From a virus (Duplodnaviria; Caudoviricetes), in IMG/VR virus record IMGVR_UViG_3300034128_000023, positions 147-64,146 of that record: DNA of 64,000 nucleotides, one strand, 5' to 3'. The notes under the pieces were generated by a model that was not told the DNA's origin, did not search any database, and saw only the letters and a program-made list of their open reading frames with translations. A program made the position numbers and the translations under genes. Positions 17,069 through 26,415 of this stretch are shown here, one piece after another (position 1 is the first letter of the stretch; every line of letters starts with the position of its first letter).

Positions 17069-17824
17069 TCAGATTTCAACGCAAAGTCGGTTCCAGAATC
17101 TGCTGTTCATCCCTTCACCCGGGTAGCCCAGCGGGTTGCAATAAACCCTCATTCCGCTACGCTTGTAGTCCAGCCCAAGGTGGGTGTGGCCGTGAATCCA
17201 CAGGCTCGGCTTGCGACCCTTGACCAGGAACCTCGACATGTCGGCCATGAAGAACGCGTTGGAGCTGTCGCCCTTGTACATGGCCCCAATCGACTGGGGG
17301 AGGGGCAGGTGGTGGGTGACGACGACATCGCCCTTCTGGAGCCCGCCCAGGACCTCACAGAAGACCTCGTGCTTGGCGTACACGTCGGGCTCGTGGTTCG
17401 CGATGCGGTAAAAATCGCACATCCGGGTCCGTGCTTCGTACTCGGGGGAACCGTCGGGGTACCGCGGGTACCAGAGGGTGTCCCCGATGAACCGTCGGCC
17501 TCCGTGGACGTGGGGGCCGTCAGGCAAGTAGAACAGGTTCGCGAAAGCCGGCCCCATCATGTGGCGCTTCATCGCCGTGGCGAAAATGCCGTGGGTCACG
17601 CCAAAGAACTCGTGGTTGCCCGGCACGTACAGGACCTTCTTGTACATGGAGCACAGCTGCGCCATCGGCGCCCCCCACCACTTCAGGGTGGAAATGTCGC
17701 CCGCCAGCACGGCGAGTTCTGGCTGGTCCTCGTCGACCTTGCGTTGGAGCGTCTGGAAGAAAGATTCGCGGTCCTCGTTCTTGAGGAACTCAAAATGCGT
17801 GTCGCTCAGGGCATGAATTTTCAT
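17069..17824 (-). CDS. calcineurin-like metallophosphoesterase
   Basis: SDTH, AGDI, PGNHE, THHLP, WIHGHTH. Confidence 0.9.
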   Translation of the reverse strand: MKIHALSDTHFEFLKNEDRESFFQTLQRKVDEDQPELAVLAGDISTLKWWGAPMAQLCSMYKKVLYVPGNHEFFGVTHGIFATAMKRHMMGPAFANLFYLPDGPHVHGGRRFIGDTLWYPRYPDGSPEYEARTRMCDFYRIANHEPDVYAKHEVFCEVLGGLQKGDVVVTHHLPLPQSIGAMYKGDSSNAFFMADMSRFLVKGRKPSLWIHGHTHLGLDYKRSGMRVYCNPLGYPGEGMNSRFWNRLCVEI

Positions 17825-18084
17825 GAGATGGACTCCAGGCGGGGCAGGTCGCCCTGGGGCTCGGCCTCGTACAGGACCTCTCCTGCGGAGACAAAAGTCT
17901 GGAAATCCCTGAAGCACCAGCACCAGCTCCAGAATGCCCTGCAGTGACTTTTCGACCTCCATTGCGGGTCGCAGACCTGAACGTAGCCGTCGCGGACCTG
18001 GATGACACGGAAGACCTTGCCCCAATCGCTACTGCAGAGGGGAGCAAGACAAATCACGCTCTGACCTTGCTGCAGCGCGTTCAT
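17821..18084 (-). CDS. SH3-like hypothetical protein
   Basis: GQSVICLAP...GKVFRV; resembles N-terminus of 18081-18449. Confidence 0.6.
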   Translation of the reverse strand: MNALQQGQSVICLAPLCSSDWGKVFRVIQVRDGYVQVCDPQWRSKSHCRAFWSWCWCFRDFQTFVSAGEVLYEAEPQGDLPRLESIS

Positions 18085-18449
18085 GAGCCCTGCTTCCAGT
18101 TGGGGAGGTCGACCGTGCCCTCGAGACACGTCCGACACGGCTCGAACTCGCCGGAATCGTTCGAGTGCGCACATGTGCTACACGCACGCTTGACGGGCTC
18201 GGGGGTCGGCTTGATGCGCACCGCGACGTCCGCGAAGAATGTCGGCTTGATGTAGTCCGCGAAGTCCGTGAACGCGAACCGCGAGCCCCAGACGAGTACG
18301 GTGTCCGCCCTCAGCGTACAACCGAGCCATTCCGGCTGGCAGACCAGGAGGTTCACATGGTTCTGGTCGAACTCGACGATGCGGTAGACCTTGCCTTCGA
18401 TGAGCCCCCGCACTGGGGCGATGCAAATAACAGAATCTCCGAGATTCAT
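18081..18449 (-). CDS. SH3-like protein with C-terminal CxxC pairs
   Basis: MNLGDSVICIAP...GKVYRIV; CSTC...CRTC. Confidence 0.65.
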   Translation of the reverse strand: MNLGDSVICIAPVRGLIEGKVYRIVEFDQNHVNLLVCQPEWLGCTLRADTVLVWGSRFAFTDFADYIKPTFFADVAVRIKPTPEPVKRACSTCAHSNDSGEFEPCRTCLEGTVDLPNWKQGS

Positions 18450-18527
18450 TTACTTACCTTTCTGTTCTCGTGGGGGTACTTCCTGTGCCCCCTTTGTACC
18501 TCACCGAGCCAGCACCTGTCAAGCGCA

Positions 18528-18533
18528 TAATCT
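18528..18533 (+). promoter_or_regulatory. putative late promoter TAATCT
   Basis: TAATCT-N7-ATG; back-to-back with minus-strand TTGACA-N18-TACAAA promoter. Confidence 0.7.
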
Positions 18534-18540
18534 ATTCGTC

Positions 18541-18840
18541 ATGAAAGTTCCAACGTCAGAGATTGAGACAAAGAAAAAAGTCGGTAAGCTCGGCTCGAAG
18601 GGCGTGTGGATGGTCAAGACCCGCGGCGGGCTCTTCCTCATCGCGACCGACGGCGGGGGCGAGGTCATCGGCTCTGGCCCTCACCGCGCCGTGGCCAAGG
18701 CCATTGCCCAGCGCAGGAACCCAGACCTCGAGTGGACCGAACTCTCGAAGTCAGAATGGGTTGACCCAGAGACCTTCGCCCACCTCATGCCCAAATATGA
18801 GTCCATGACGGACGACCTGCGCCGACTCCAGGGGCGCTAA
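18541..18840 (+). CDS. putative virion protein
   Basis: First gene after TAATCT; contains LSKSE motif. Confidence 0.7.
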   Translation: MKVPTSEIETKKKVGKLGSKGVWMVKTRGGLFLIATDGGGEVIGSGPHRAVAKAIAQRRNPDLEWTELSKSEWVDPETFAHLMPKYESMTDDLRRLQGR

Positions 18841-18841
18841 T

Positions 18842-19732
18842 ATGACCTGCGGCCCCGAATTTGTCGAGGACATCGACACCGAAATCCAGGACAGCCGCGT
18901 CAGTTTTGACACGGACGCCTTCGACAACGCCATCCGTGCACACGGCGTGCCGCTAATCCACTACGTGGCCCTGCCTTGCCCGGTAGGTCTCGTTGACCTG
19001 AGCGACAATCGCAAGCCCCACCCGGACCACGAGGGCTGCACCAATGGCTTCATCTACGAAGAAGCCGGCAAAATCACTGGCCTTTTCATCGGGAACTCGA
19101 AGCACAAGAACCTGTCCGATGCTGGGTTCTGGGACGATTCCACAGTCCAGGCCTCGTTCCCTCGCGAATACGACGGGACCTGCACGCCCCTTTTTGTGGC
19201 CCCGTTCGACCGGTTCTACTTGGCCGAGCCCACCTTGACGGTCGTCACCTGGCAGCGGTACATCCACTCTGAGACCGGAATTGACCGCCTGAAATTCCCG
19301 GTCGAGCAGGTAATGGCCTTCAAGGACTCCAACGGGGGCGTCTACAAGCAGGACGACGACTTCGTGGTGCAGCACGGCCTCATCCGTTGGGTCGGTCGTC
19401 AGCCGGCCCCTTTGCTGGACGTCGGGCCCGGGTATGGTGGCCGTTCCACCGTCAAGGGCGCGGTGTGCGCGGTCCGTTACACCTACCGTCCCTGGTTCTA
19501 CGTGGGCCAGATGATGCACGAACTGCGCGTGGCTCAGGTCACCGAGACTACAAAAGGTAACAGGTCCATCGAAAAAATGCCACAATCGGTGCTACTGCAT
19601 CGCGAGTACGTGACCACCAACAAGGACCAGCAAACCCCCGGTTCTGTTGGGCCTGGGGTCGATGCTGACATGATGCGCACTGTGATGGGGCCTATGTATG
19701 GCGGGGGTGGCGGTCGTTTTGGGGCGAAATAA
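18842..19732 (+). CDS. putative neck/head-tail connector protein
   Basis: F...I...G..L.HY.A.PCP...CTNGFIY pattern resembles SPO1/K-like neck proteins. Confidence 0.55.
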   Translation: MTCGPEFVEDIDTEIQDSRVSFDTDAFDNAIRAHGVPLIHYVALPCPVGLVDLSDNRKPHPDHEGCTNGFIYEEAGKITGLFIGNSKHKNLSDAGFWDDSTVQASFPREYDGTCTPLFVAPFDRFYLAEPTLTVVTWQRYIHSETGIDRLKFPVEQVMAFKDSNGGVYKQDDDFVVQHGLIRWVGRQPAPLLDVGPGYGGRSTVKGAVCAVRYTYRPWFYVGQMMHELRVAQVTETTKGNRSIEKMPQSVLLHREYVTTNKDQQTPGSVGPGVDADMMRTVMGPMYGGGGGRFGAK

Positions 19733-19788
19733 CCTCTCAGAATGACTTGACGCAAACCGTGCGGGGCGGGGCTTGTAAACTGTAGAGT

Positions 19789-20715
19789 ATGGGCCTCTCC
19801 GACGCGACGCATAAGTGCCTGAGCTTTCATATCGGACAAGTGCCAGCTCAAGAGTTGGCAGATTGCTTGGGCGCTGGCGGCGTTCCGGGCCCGCAAGGTC
19901 CCCAAGGCGAAACCGGGGCTCGAGGCCCACAGGGCATGCGGGGGCTTCAGGGCATCCCAGGCCCCACCCTGGAGGAAATGGCGGTCGAGCGCAGCGTCAC
20001 GATTCCCAGCGTCGCCGGCCAGCAAACCTACCATGTGCCGCTCGGGTTCTACTTCCGCCCACTCGCCAGCGAAATCAAGGTGGAGGTCTCTTCGTTGCCG
20101 GACGTCTGGAACGAGCTGCAGTTCGGCGTTGATTTCGTGTGTCGGCATCGCAACGGGGACTGGGTCCCCACCGTCGCCGACGCGGCCTTTGGGGTGACCC
20201 TCACCGAAGGCACTGTCCCCGCGGGGTGGCTCATTCGGCTGACCTGGCAGGACCGACGCCTGCTCTTCGGGCCCACCGTCGTGACCGCCGTTAAGGTGGG
20301 GGACGCCTACACCAACACGTGGGGGCAGATGTCTCCCACCATGCACCCCGACGGCGTTACGGTGCCCGCCATCGCCGGCATGTGCGTCGAGTTCTGGCGC
20401 TGGACCCCGAAGTCTGGTGGCAACCACGCTCCGGCCCACCCCGAAATTCCGCGCGACGGACGCCGTTTCATCCCGTACTACAGGGCCCCGGTGGGCCAAT
20501 TCACGGTCCTTGCGGCAGAGTTCGGCTCGACACTGCAGTCGCGCAGGAAGCAGTACCGGGTGTGCTACTACAACCCCCTCACAGGAGCCAGAAGTCCCCT
20601 GAGCGCTGACGTGGTCGTGGTAGGCAATTCACAGGGCTCGCTGCCTGGAGATTGGGCTGGAGGCAAAGAGGGTCTCGGCCAGAAAAAGTGGGCCGGAAGC
20701 GTCTGGATTAAGTAA
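19789..20715 (+). CDS. virion fibre/decoration protein with short collagen-like stretch
   Basis: GPQ/GxY repeats; N-terminus paralogous to 20838 gene; TAAACT-N7-ATG upstream. Confidence 0.7.
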   Translation: MGLSDATHKCLSFHIGQVPAQELADCLGAGGVPGPQGPQGETGARGPQGMRGLQGIPGPTLEEMAVERSVTIPSVAGQQTYHVPLGFYFRPLASEIKVEVSSLPDVWNELQFGVDFVCRHRNGDWVPTVADAAFGVTLTEGTVPAGWLIRLTWQDRRLLFGPTVVTAVKVGDAYTNTWGQMSPTMHPDGVTVPAIAGMCVEFWRWTPKSGGNHAPAHPEIPRDGRRFIPYYRAPVGQFTVLAAEFGSTLQSRRKQYRVCYYNPLTGARSPLSADVVVVGNSQGSLPGDWAGGKEGLGQKKWAGSVWIK

Positions 20716-20817
20716 CCGCTGGAGCGTTCGAACGGGAGTCTTTAGGTCCCCCTTCGGGTGCTTTTATTCCCCTGCCCTCCGGTGGGAATAAGGCTCCCCT
20801 TCGAGCGCTTCAGCGGT
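20715..20817 (+). ncRNA. candidate structured RNA / RNA element
   Basis: 28-bp closing stem with 3 G.U pairs and 1 C.C mismatch, plus internal hairpin TTATTCCC/GGGAATAA. Confidence 0.55.
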
Positions 20818-20824
20818 CCAGGTA

Positions 20825-20830
20825 TAATCT
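20825..20830 (+). promoter_or_regulatory. putative late promoter TAATCT
   Basis: TAATCT-ATGGCGT-ATG. Confidence 0.7.
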
Positions 20831-20837
20831 ATGGCGT

Positions 20838-22334
20838 ATGGCACTTTCTGACATCACGCACAAGACCTTGAGTTTTCATATCGGAGCAGAGCCAGCACAG
20901 GAGCTGACAGAGTGTTTCAGTTCGAGTGCTACTTGGGGCGGTATTTCGGGCACCCTCTCGAACCAGACCGACCTCCAGAACGCGCTGACCAACAAGGTCG
21001 ACAAGAACGCCCCCGTCGTTGGAGCCGCCAAGACGAAGGTTACCTACGATGCGAAAGGGCTCGTCACCGCGGGAGCCGACGCCACCACGGCAGATATTGC
21101 CCCGTCAACTAACAGGAATTACGTCAGCGACGCCCAGCTCGCCGTCATCGGCAACACCAGCGGTGTCAACACTGGTGACCAGGACCTGTCGGGCATCATC
21201 ACCCCCGGTCACTCCCTGTACGTGGACGGTGCCAGAACCGACATCTACACACCGAACGGCTCGGTCTCGCGCCCGTTCAAGACGATTCAGTCGGCAATCG
21301 ACAGCGTCTCAGGGTCTGGCGCAGCTGCCCCCTATACCATCCACATCACGGCCGGCTCGTACACGGAAAACGTGACCGTCGCCAAGCCCTACGTCAGCCT
21401 TCAGGGTGAAGGGGAGTGGGCCACATTCATCAACGGGAATTTCGTGCTTGCCCCCGACGGGTCGGCCTGGAATGCCTCTATCTCCGACATCGGTTTCCCC
21501 TCAGGGTCCTTCAGCGTCCACGGCAACAACACGATGGGGGTGGGCATTCCCCGCATCTATCTGCGCGACCTTCGAATCGGGGTGCCCTGCACGCTGACAG
21601 AGGATTCCCCCACCGGCTCGCTGATTGTGTACGTGTTCGACTGCCTGTTTGCCAACACGATGTCGATTAGTAATGGCACGTCAGCGTGGCTCTACGACTG
21701 CCACGGGACCTCCGCGGCGACCACCATCGACTCCGCATCAGCGGTAGAGTACTTCGGCGGCTCCACCCAGTCAGCCATTACGGTGCTCGGTGCGGCCACC
21801 TACATCTCGATGAGCGCGGTCGGTACCAAGGCCCCAGAGACCCGATTCACCCTCACCGCCACCGAGGCCACCCAGCAGGTGACCTTGGACTCGGTTTCGC
21901 TGGGGAACTGCACCCTGGTCGCTGGGCCCGCCATCGTCACCTTGACGGGCCAGGCCGACGCTACCCACGCAGGTTCGGTGTCTACCACCGCCCAGACGTT
22001 CGGGGGAGCCAAGGCTGTCGCTGAGGTGGCTCTGACGTCCGCGGCTGGTTCGATTGCTGTCGACCTCGCCCTTGCCAACGACTTCCGCCACACCACGACC
22101 GAAAACACCACCCTGGCCGCACCGACGCATCCGGTCGCTGCGCAGGCTGGGTCTTTTGTGTTCACCCAAGGCGCCACGCCACGCACGCTGGCCTTTGATG
22201 CGTTCTGGAAGTTCCCAGGAGGCACCGTGCCGACATTGACCGCCACCGCGGGAGCTGTCGACATGCTGGTCTACCGCGTGTTGCCCGGGGCCACCTCTGC
22301 GGTGTTGCAGGCCGCCCTGAAGGACATTAAGTAA
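20838..22334 (+). CDS. tail fibre / tailspike-like protein
   Basis: PFKTIQSAID...GSYTENV beta-helix-type start; C-terminal WKFPGGTVPTLTATAGAVD motif. Confidence 0.75.
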   Translation: MALSDITHKTLSFHIGAEPAQELTECFSSSATWGGISGTLSNQTDLQNALTNKVDKNAPVVGAAKTKVTYDAKGLVTAGADATTADIAPSTNRNYVSDAQLAVIGNTSGVNTGDQDLSGIITPGHSLYVDGARTDIYTPNGSVSRPFKTIQSAIDSVSGSGAAAPYTIHITAGSYTENVTVAKPYVSLQGEGEWATFINGNFVLAPDGSAWNASISDIGFPSGSFSVHGNNTMGVGIPRIYLRDLRIGVPCTLTEDSPTGSLIVYVFDCLFANTMSISNGTSAWLYDCHGTSAATTIDSASAVEYFGGSTQSAITVLGAATYISMSAVGTKAPETRFTLTATEATQQVTLDSVSLGNCTLVAGPAIVTLTGQADATHAGSVSTTAQTFGGAKAVAEVALTSAAGSIAVDLALANDFRHTTTENTTLAAPTHPVAAQAGSFVFTQGATPRTLAFDAFWKFPGGTVPTLTATAGAVDMLVYRVLPGATSAVLQAALKDIK

Positions 22335-23044
22335 TGTTCAGCTCCATTCTCTGCATGGCGACCCCCAGCGACCCGACCAACCCCTTGTGGCTGGGGCTGA
22401 CTCATTACTGGAAGCTGGATGATGCCGTTGATGCCGTCACCTCGACCGTCGGGACCGTGGTCTCGACCGTGACCTTCGGGGCACCGTACGGGAAAATCGG
22501 CAATGGGGCTTTGGGGGGTGCCAGCGGCCTCATCGACACCAACTGCCCGGGCCCCGTCGGGAACGAAGCTTTCACGGTGGCCTACTGGGTTTACCACCCC
22601 ACGACGGCTACCGGTCCCGGCGTCATTGGCCTGTCCCACTTCGTGGGGCTGTACGGCCAGAAGGACGGCTTCCCGCCGATTCCGCCGTGGGACCGGGCGT
22701 ACGTGACGAGCTATCTTCTGGTGGCACCTTCGGGGTCGCAGCAGCTCGGGGGAGACACGGCTCCGTTCCGAGTCACGCTCGACGCCTGGCACCACGTGGC
22801 GTTTTCCTACGACGGCGCCGCACAGAGGCTTTACATTGACGGCGTTAAGGTGGCTACTGGGGCCCTCACGACCGCCAACGGGCAGGGAACCGACATCTCG
22901 ATTGGCAACTACGTTCCCGGCGGTCCACCGCCCCACTTCGAGGGGGTTCGGCTCGACGAGGTCGGTACCTGGTCACGGGCTCTTGCTGATGCCCAGGTGG
23001 CGGAGCTGTTCAATGCGGGGGCAGGCAAGCAACCCCCGGCGTGA
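22334..23044 (+). CDS. LamG/concanavalin A-like jelly-roll protein
   Basis: HYWKLDD, FTVAYWV, WHHVAFSYDG...LYIDG, LDEVGTWSRAL. Confidence 0.85.
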   Translation: MFSSILCMATPSDPTNPLWLGLTHYWKLDDAVDAVTSTVGTVVSTVTFGAPYGKIGNGALGGASGLIDTNCPGPVGNEAFTVAYWVYHPTTATGPGVIGLSHFVGLYGQKDGFPPIPPWDRAYVTSYLLVAPSGSQQLGGDTAPFRVTLDAWHHVAFSYDGAAQRLYIDGVKVATGALTTANGQGTDISIGNYVPGGPPPHFEGVRLDEVGTWSRALADAQVAELFNAGAGKQPPA

Positions 23045-23047
23045 GCC

Positions 23048-23554
23048 TCAGCGGTACGTCACCGTACCCTTCAGGACCTTCACCTTGTTGTCCGCCACCT
23101 TGATTTTGCCGAGGTCGGGGTTATCCTCCCCCTCCCAGCAGATTTCCCCGTTCAAGTTGTACCCCCACGGGCCCAGAAAGTGCTCGATGAGGTACTCGAG
23201 CCACTCGACGTAGCCGTAGTTCTTGCCGTCCTGGGCGTAGTATTCGGCCCCATCCTCGGAGGGGCTCCACCCGCACCAAAGCTCTGGCTGGCCGATGGGC
23301 GGGTGGTTGTAGTCGATGATGTCGTCGGTGTGGGTCTGGCCACAGAAGCCCTGCTGGTCGCCGACGAAGTACGCCCCTTCGACGCCAACTGGCAGGCCAA
23401 CCGCGGTGCGCAGCTCGTCGCTCATCTTCTCGGTGCGTTCGGCGTCTCGCTTCATGCGGCGAGTGCTCCCGAATGCGTCCAGGTACTTCAGATGCTTCGT
23501 CTCGAGCGCCGGAGTGATGGCGAATGAACCGTGGAATGTCGTTTCGTAACCCAT
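23048..23554 (-). CDS. hypothetical phage protein
   Basis: MGYETTFHG...YVEWLEYLIEHFL; SD AAGGA. Confidence 0.75.
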   Translation of the reverse strand: MGYETTFHGSFAITPALETKHLKYLDAFGSTRRMKRDAERTEKMSDELRTAVGLPVGVEGAYFVGDQQGFCGQTHTDDIIDYNHPPIGQPELWCGWSPSEDGAEYYAQDGKNYGYVEWLEYLIEHFLGPWGYNLNGEICWEGEDNPDLGKIKVADNKVKVLKGTVTYR

Positions 23555-23586
23555 GGTGTGTTCCTTACTTGGTGTTGAGGTTGATG

Positions 23587-24084
23587 TCAAGGCTTGGGGC
23601 CTGGACGGTGCCGCCGCCGCGAGATTCCACGCCTCCGCAAAATGCTTTTTACGGACGAATAATGAATCCCAAAACGGTCAGCGGCGGCCTGGAGTGTGCA
23701 GCCGGTATCTCTGATGTACGCCAAAAGCTCCGCCACTCGAGCGGGTCGGAGTTTCCTGTAGGTCTTATTGTGGTTCGTCCCCCGCGCGAACCCAGCCTTG
23801 GCCGCCTCCGACCGAGTCATCGCCTTGAGGTGCTGTGGGGCGATGCATTCTGGACGGTCGCACGTCCTGCCCACCACCTGTCCCGGACCCAGCACGCCGC
23901 CGGCCAACACGAAGGCGACCCGCCGCATCGTGTAGAGCTTGCCCCCGATTCGGATTTGGGCGGAACCGGAACCATCGTAGGGCGCCTTGGTGGGGATGAG
24001 GCACCCCGTAGCCTCATCGACCTGGGTCTGCATCAGCAGGCGTTCCGCCGCAGCGATGTCGGTCCGGCCCTGGATAGAATCCAT
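23587..24084 (-). CDS. degenerate HNH domain plus C-terminal HTH
   Basis: RRVAF...RTCDRPECIAPQHL; TLQAAADRFGIHYSSVKSILR. Confidence 0.7.
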   Translation of the reverse strand: MDSIQGRTDIAAAERLLMQTQVDEATGCLIPTKAPYDGSGSAQIRIGGKLYTMRRVAFVLAGGVLGPGQVVGRTCDRPECIAPQHLKAMTRSEAAKAGFARGTNHNKTYRKLRPARVAELLAYIRDTGCTLQAAADRFGIHYSSVKSILRRRGISRRRHRPGPKP

Positions 24085-24093
24085 CTCTTCTCC

Positions 24094-24324
24094 TTAGTAA
24101 AATCGGACCTGGACGTGCCACGAGCCGTCCCGGTGCCGGTCTAGCCGGTTGCTACAGAACCCCTCGTCCACCCAGCGCGCGCCAAGCCTCCCCGCCGTGA
24201 GCCCCGGGTTGTCCAAGGAGTTGACTCCGCAGGCGTCCATGGCGCGTCGAATCAGCTCTGCATCGAACCAGCGCCCATGGGCCAATTCCCGGCAGACAAT
24301 CTTTGTTTCGGTGATGGCTTTCAC
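24094..24324 (-). CDS. hypothetical protein
   Basis: 76 aa ORF overlapping upstream stop. Confidence 0.55.
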   Translation of the reverse strand: MKAITETKIVCRELAHGRWFDAELIRRAMDACGVNSLDNPGLTAGRLGARWVDEGFCSNRLDRHRDGSWHVQVRFY

Positions 24325-25472
24325 GGCGCAAACCCCATGCCGCGCGAACCGGCCGACTTGACCGCCTCTTGGCCACTCTCCGCTGCGGCGGCCTCTTGGT
24401 AGATTTCAGCCAGGCTGTAGCGACCCTTCCCGTTCTCGCGCAGGTACCCTCGGCCCGGCGCCAGAGCTGCATAGACCTCCTGGGCCTGGCAGTACTCGAG
24501 CTGGCCGACCTCGACGGAGACGCTCAGCCGGCCAGGTCGCAGAATTGCCTTGTCGATGTCGGTGTGGTCTGCGTTGGTCGTGGCGACGATGCGCACGTCG
24601 AGCAGGCGCCCGACGATGCCGTCCCCCAGGTTCAGCAGGGTGGCGACCGACGTCATGTTGTCGGCCATGCGGGCCGCCAAGCACTCGTCTGCGTCCTCGA
24701 TGATGAAAATCAACCGCCCCTTCTTCTCCTCCGTCTGGTTGTTCGCGGCGAACTCCAGCAGGGCCGGCATGAAGTTTGGCCCGGTCAGCTGCGGCACCAT
24801 CGCGGGAGGCACAATCACGCAGGTCCCGCCGACGACATCGTTCAGCAGGGCCCGGGTCAAGAAGGTCTTGCCCGTACCTGGAGCCCCGCTAAAAATCGCG
24901 ATTCGTCCCCGGGGCTTGTCTGAATTCAGGTCGCTGATTGCGCGGTCGTATCCGGTAAGGACCTGGGGGGTGTAGTTGCGTCGCTCGAGAGGTTCACCCC
25001 CGATGCCGATTGCTTTGAATTCTGGCCCGTTCTGCGTGGTCACCACAACGTAGACCCGCCCTTTGGGCTCGGTCCGGGTCGTGTACTCTGCTACCCACTG
25101 CGCCACCTTCGCGGCCAGCTCCGCATCGGCCAGTGCCGTACCGATGAAAAAATTGTCTACGGAAAAACTCACAACTCCAAAATCGTGGGCGAAGACGCGG
25201 GATTTGGGGCTGGCGGTCACCAGCCAGAACTCGGGGAAAGTCTCCTTAAAGGCGCAGGTTAGCGCGGTCAGCGTCATCCCCGGCAGCATATGGCACCCTT
25301 CGGGCTCCGAATAATAGTGCATCTCTACCGGGCGACCTCCGGCCGCAGCGAGAGCGCTCAGGCAGTTCTCGGCGTGGTGGAAGACCCCCGCGTTGTACAC
25401 GTCTGGTTTCACCGTCCACCACGGCTGGTGTGGGTTCAGGACGAAGGTGTTCGGCGCGGGCATCTTGTTCAT
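24321..25472 (-). CDS. AAA+ ATPase
   Basis: GAPGTGKT, IIEDAD, TTN..DKAILRPGR; SD AAAGGA. Confidence 0.9.
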   Translation of the reverse strand: MNKMPAPNTFVLNPHQPWWTVKPDVYNAGVFHHAENCLSALAAAGGRPVEMHYYSEPEGCHMLPGMTLTALTCAFKETFPEFWLVTASPKSRVFAHDFGVVSFSVDNFFIGTALADAELAAKVAQWVAEYTTRTEPKGRVYVVVTTQNGPEFKAIGIGGEPLERRNYTPQVLTGYDRAISDLNSDKPRGRIAIFSGAPGTGKTFLTRALLNDVVGGTCVIVPPAMVPQLTGPNFMPALLEFAANNQTEEKKGRLIFIIEDADECLAARMADNMTSVATLLNLGDGIVGRLLDVRIVATTNADHTDIDKAILRPGRLSVSVEVGQLEYCQAQEVYAALAPGRGYLRENGKGRYSLAEIYQEAAAAESGQEAVKSAGSRGMGFAP

Positions 25473-25482
25473 GTGCTTTCCT

Positions 25483-25824
25483 TTACTGGTTCTCGGGGCC
25501 GTCGTCAAGTGGGGGCCAAACTCCGTCGACCTCTTGTCCGCGCCCCCGGATGAAATCCCACGCCCGGCGATAGTCAATCTCGGACATGCCCTTCTTGGGG
25601 ACCGGCCTGAAATTCACCACACTGCCGTTGACGGTGACGTCGAAATCCAGGACGTCCACCTCCCATACCCCTCGGGCCTGTAGGTCCTTCAGGACGGAGC
25701 GCAGGGCCCCCTTGAGGGCGTTCACCGCGACGTCGCTCATTGGGCGGCCGACGAACTTGAGCGTCTGCTCGGAAATGAGCCGGGACATCTCCACCTTCAC
25801 TGCGTCAATTTCTTCAGAAGTCAT
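25483..25824 (-). CDS. hypothetical protein
   Basis: MTSEEIDAV...; ATGA overlap. Confidence 0.6.
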   Translation of the reverse strand: MTSEEIDAVKVEMSRLISEQTLKFVGRPMSDVAVNALKGALRSVLKDLQARGVWEVDVLDFDVTVNGSVVNFRPVPKKGMSEIDYRRAWDFIRGRGQEVDGVWPPLDDGPENQ

Positions 25825-26411
25825 GGGATTTCCATTTTGGCCGCGGGATTGGCCAGGCCGTCGGCGCGCCAGTAGGTAATCGGGCCCTTGGTGTTCTGGC
25901 TCAGCCGGATGTGCCCCGCCCCCATGTTGACAAAGGTCATCCATTTTTGGTCCGCAGGCACGTAGCGGCTCGTACTGTTGGGCTTGCGGTAGAAGTGCAA
26001 GCCGTTCTGGGTCCGAAGAATCCGGTACGACTGCAACCACCGCAGGTTCACTTCGGTGACGCCCGGTTTGCCATCAAGGATGTCCAGCCTCACCGTACTG
26101 AGAACCCCGTTGCTCCACCCCACGACCACCTCCGTATTGACGGCCAATTCGTGGTCGCAGTCCAGCAGGACCGCCATCTCTGCCAGAAGCCCCGGCAGGC
26201 GCGCGACGTCCTGGGCAGAGTAGAGAACGATGGGGGCGAACGGCTTGTTGCGCAGGTCGTAGGCGACATGCGCGTTCGGCACGTAGGCCGAGGGCGCGAC
26301 CAGGACCCACAGCGGGGTCTCCCGCGCGGAGCGGGTCACCACCGCCCGGTCAAAAACCTCGCCGACCATACGCGTGAATTCGGTTACAGCGTCGTCCGAG
26401 AGAAATACCAT
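25821..26411 (-). CDS. hypothetical protein
   Basis: 196 aa ORF. Confidence 0.7.
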   Translation of the reverse strand: MVFLSDDAVTEFTRMVGEVFDRAVVTRSARETPLWVLVAPSAYVPNAHVAYDLRNKPFAPIVLYSAQDVARLPGLLAEMAVLLDCDHELAVNTEVVVGWSNGVLSTVRLDILDGKPGVTEVNLRWLQSYRILRTQNGLHFYRKPNSTSRYVPADQKWMTFVNMGAGHIRLSQNTKGPITYWRADGLANPAAKMEIP

Positions 26412-26415
26412 TGTG

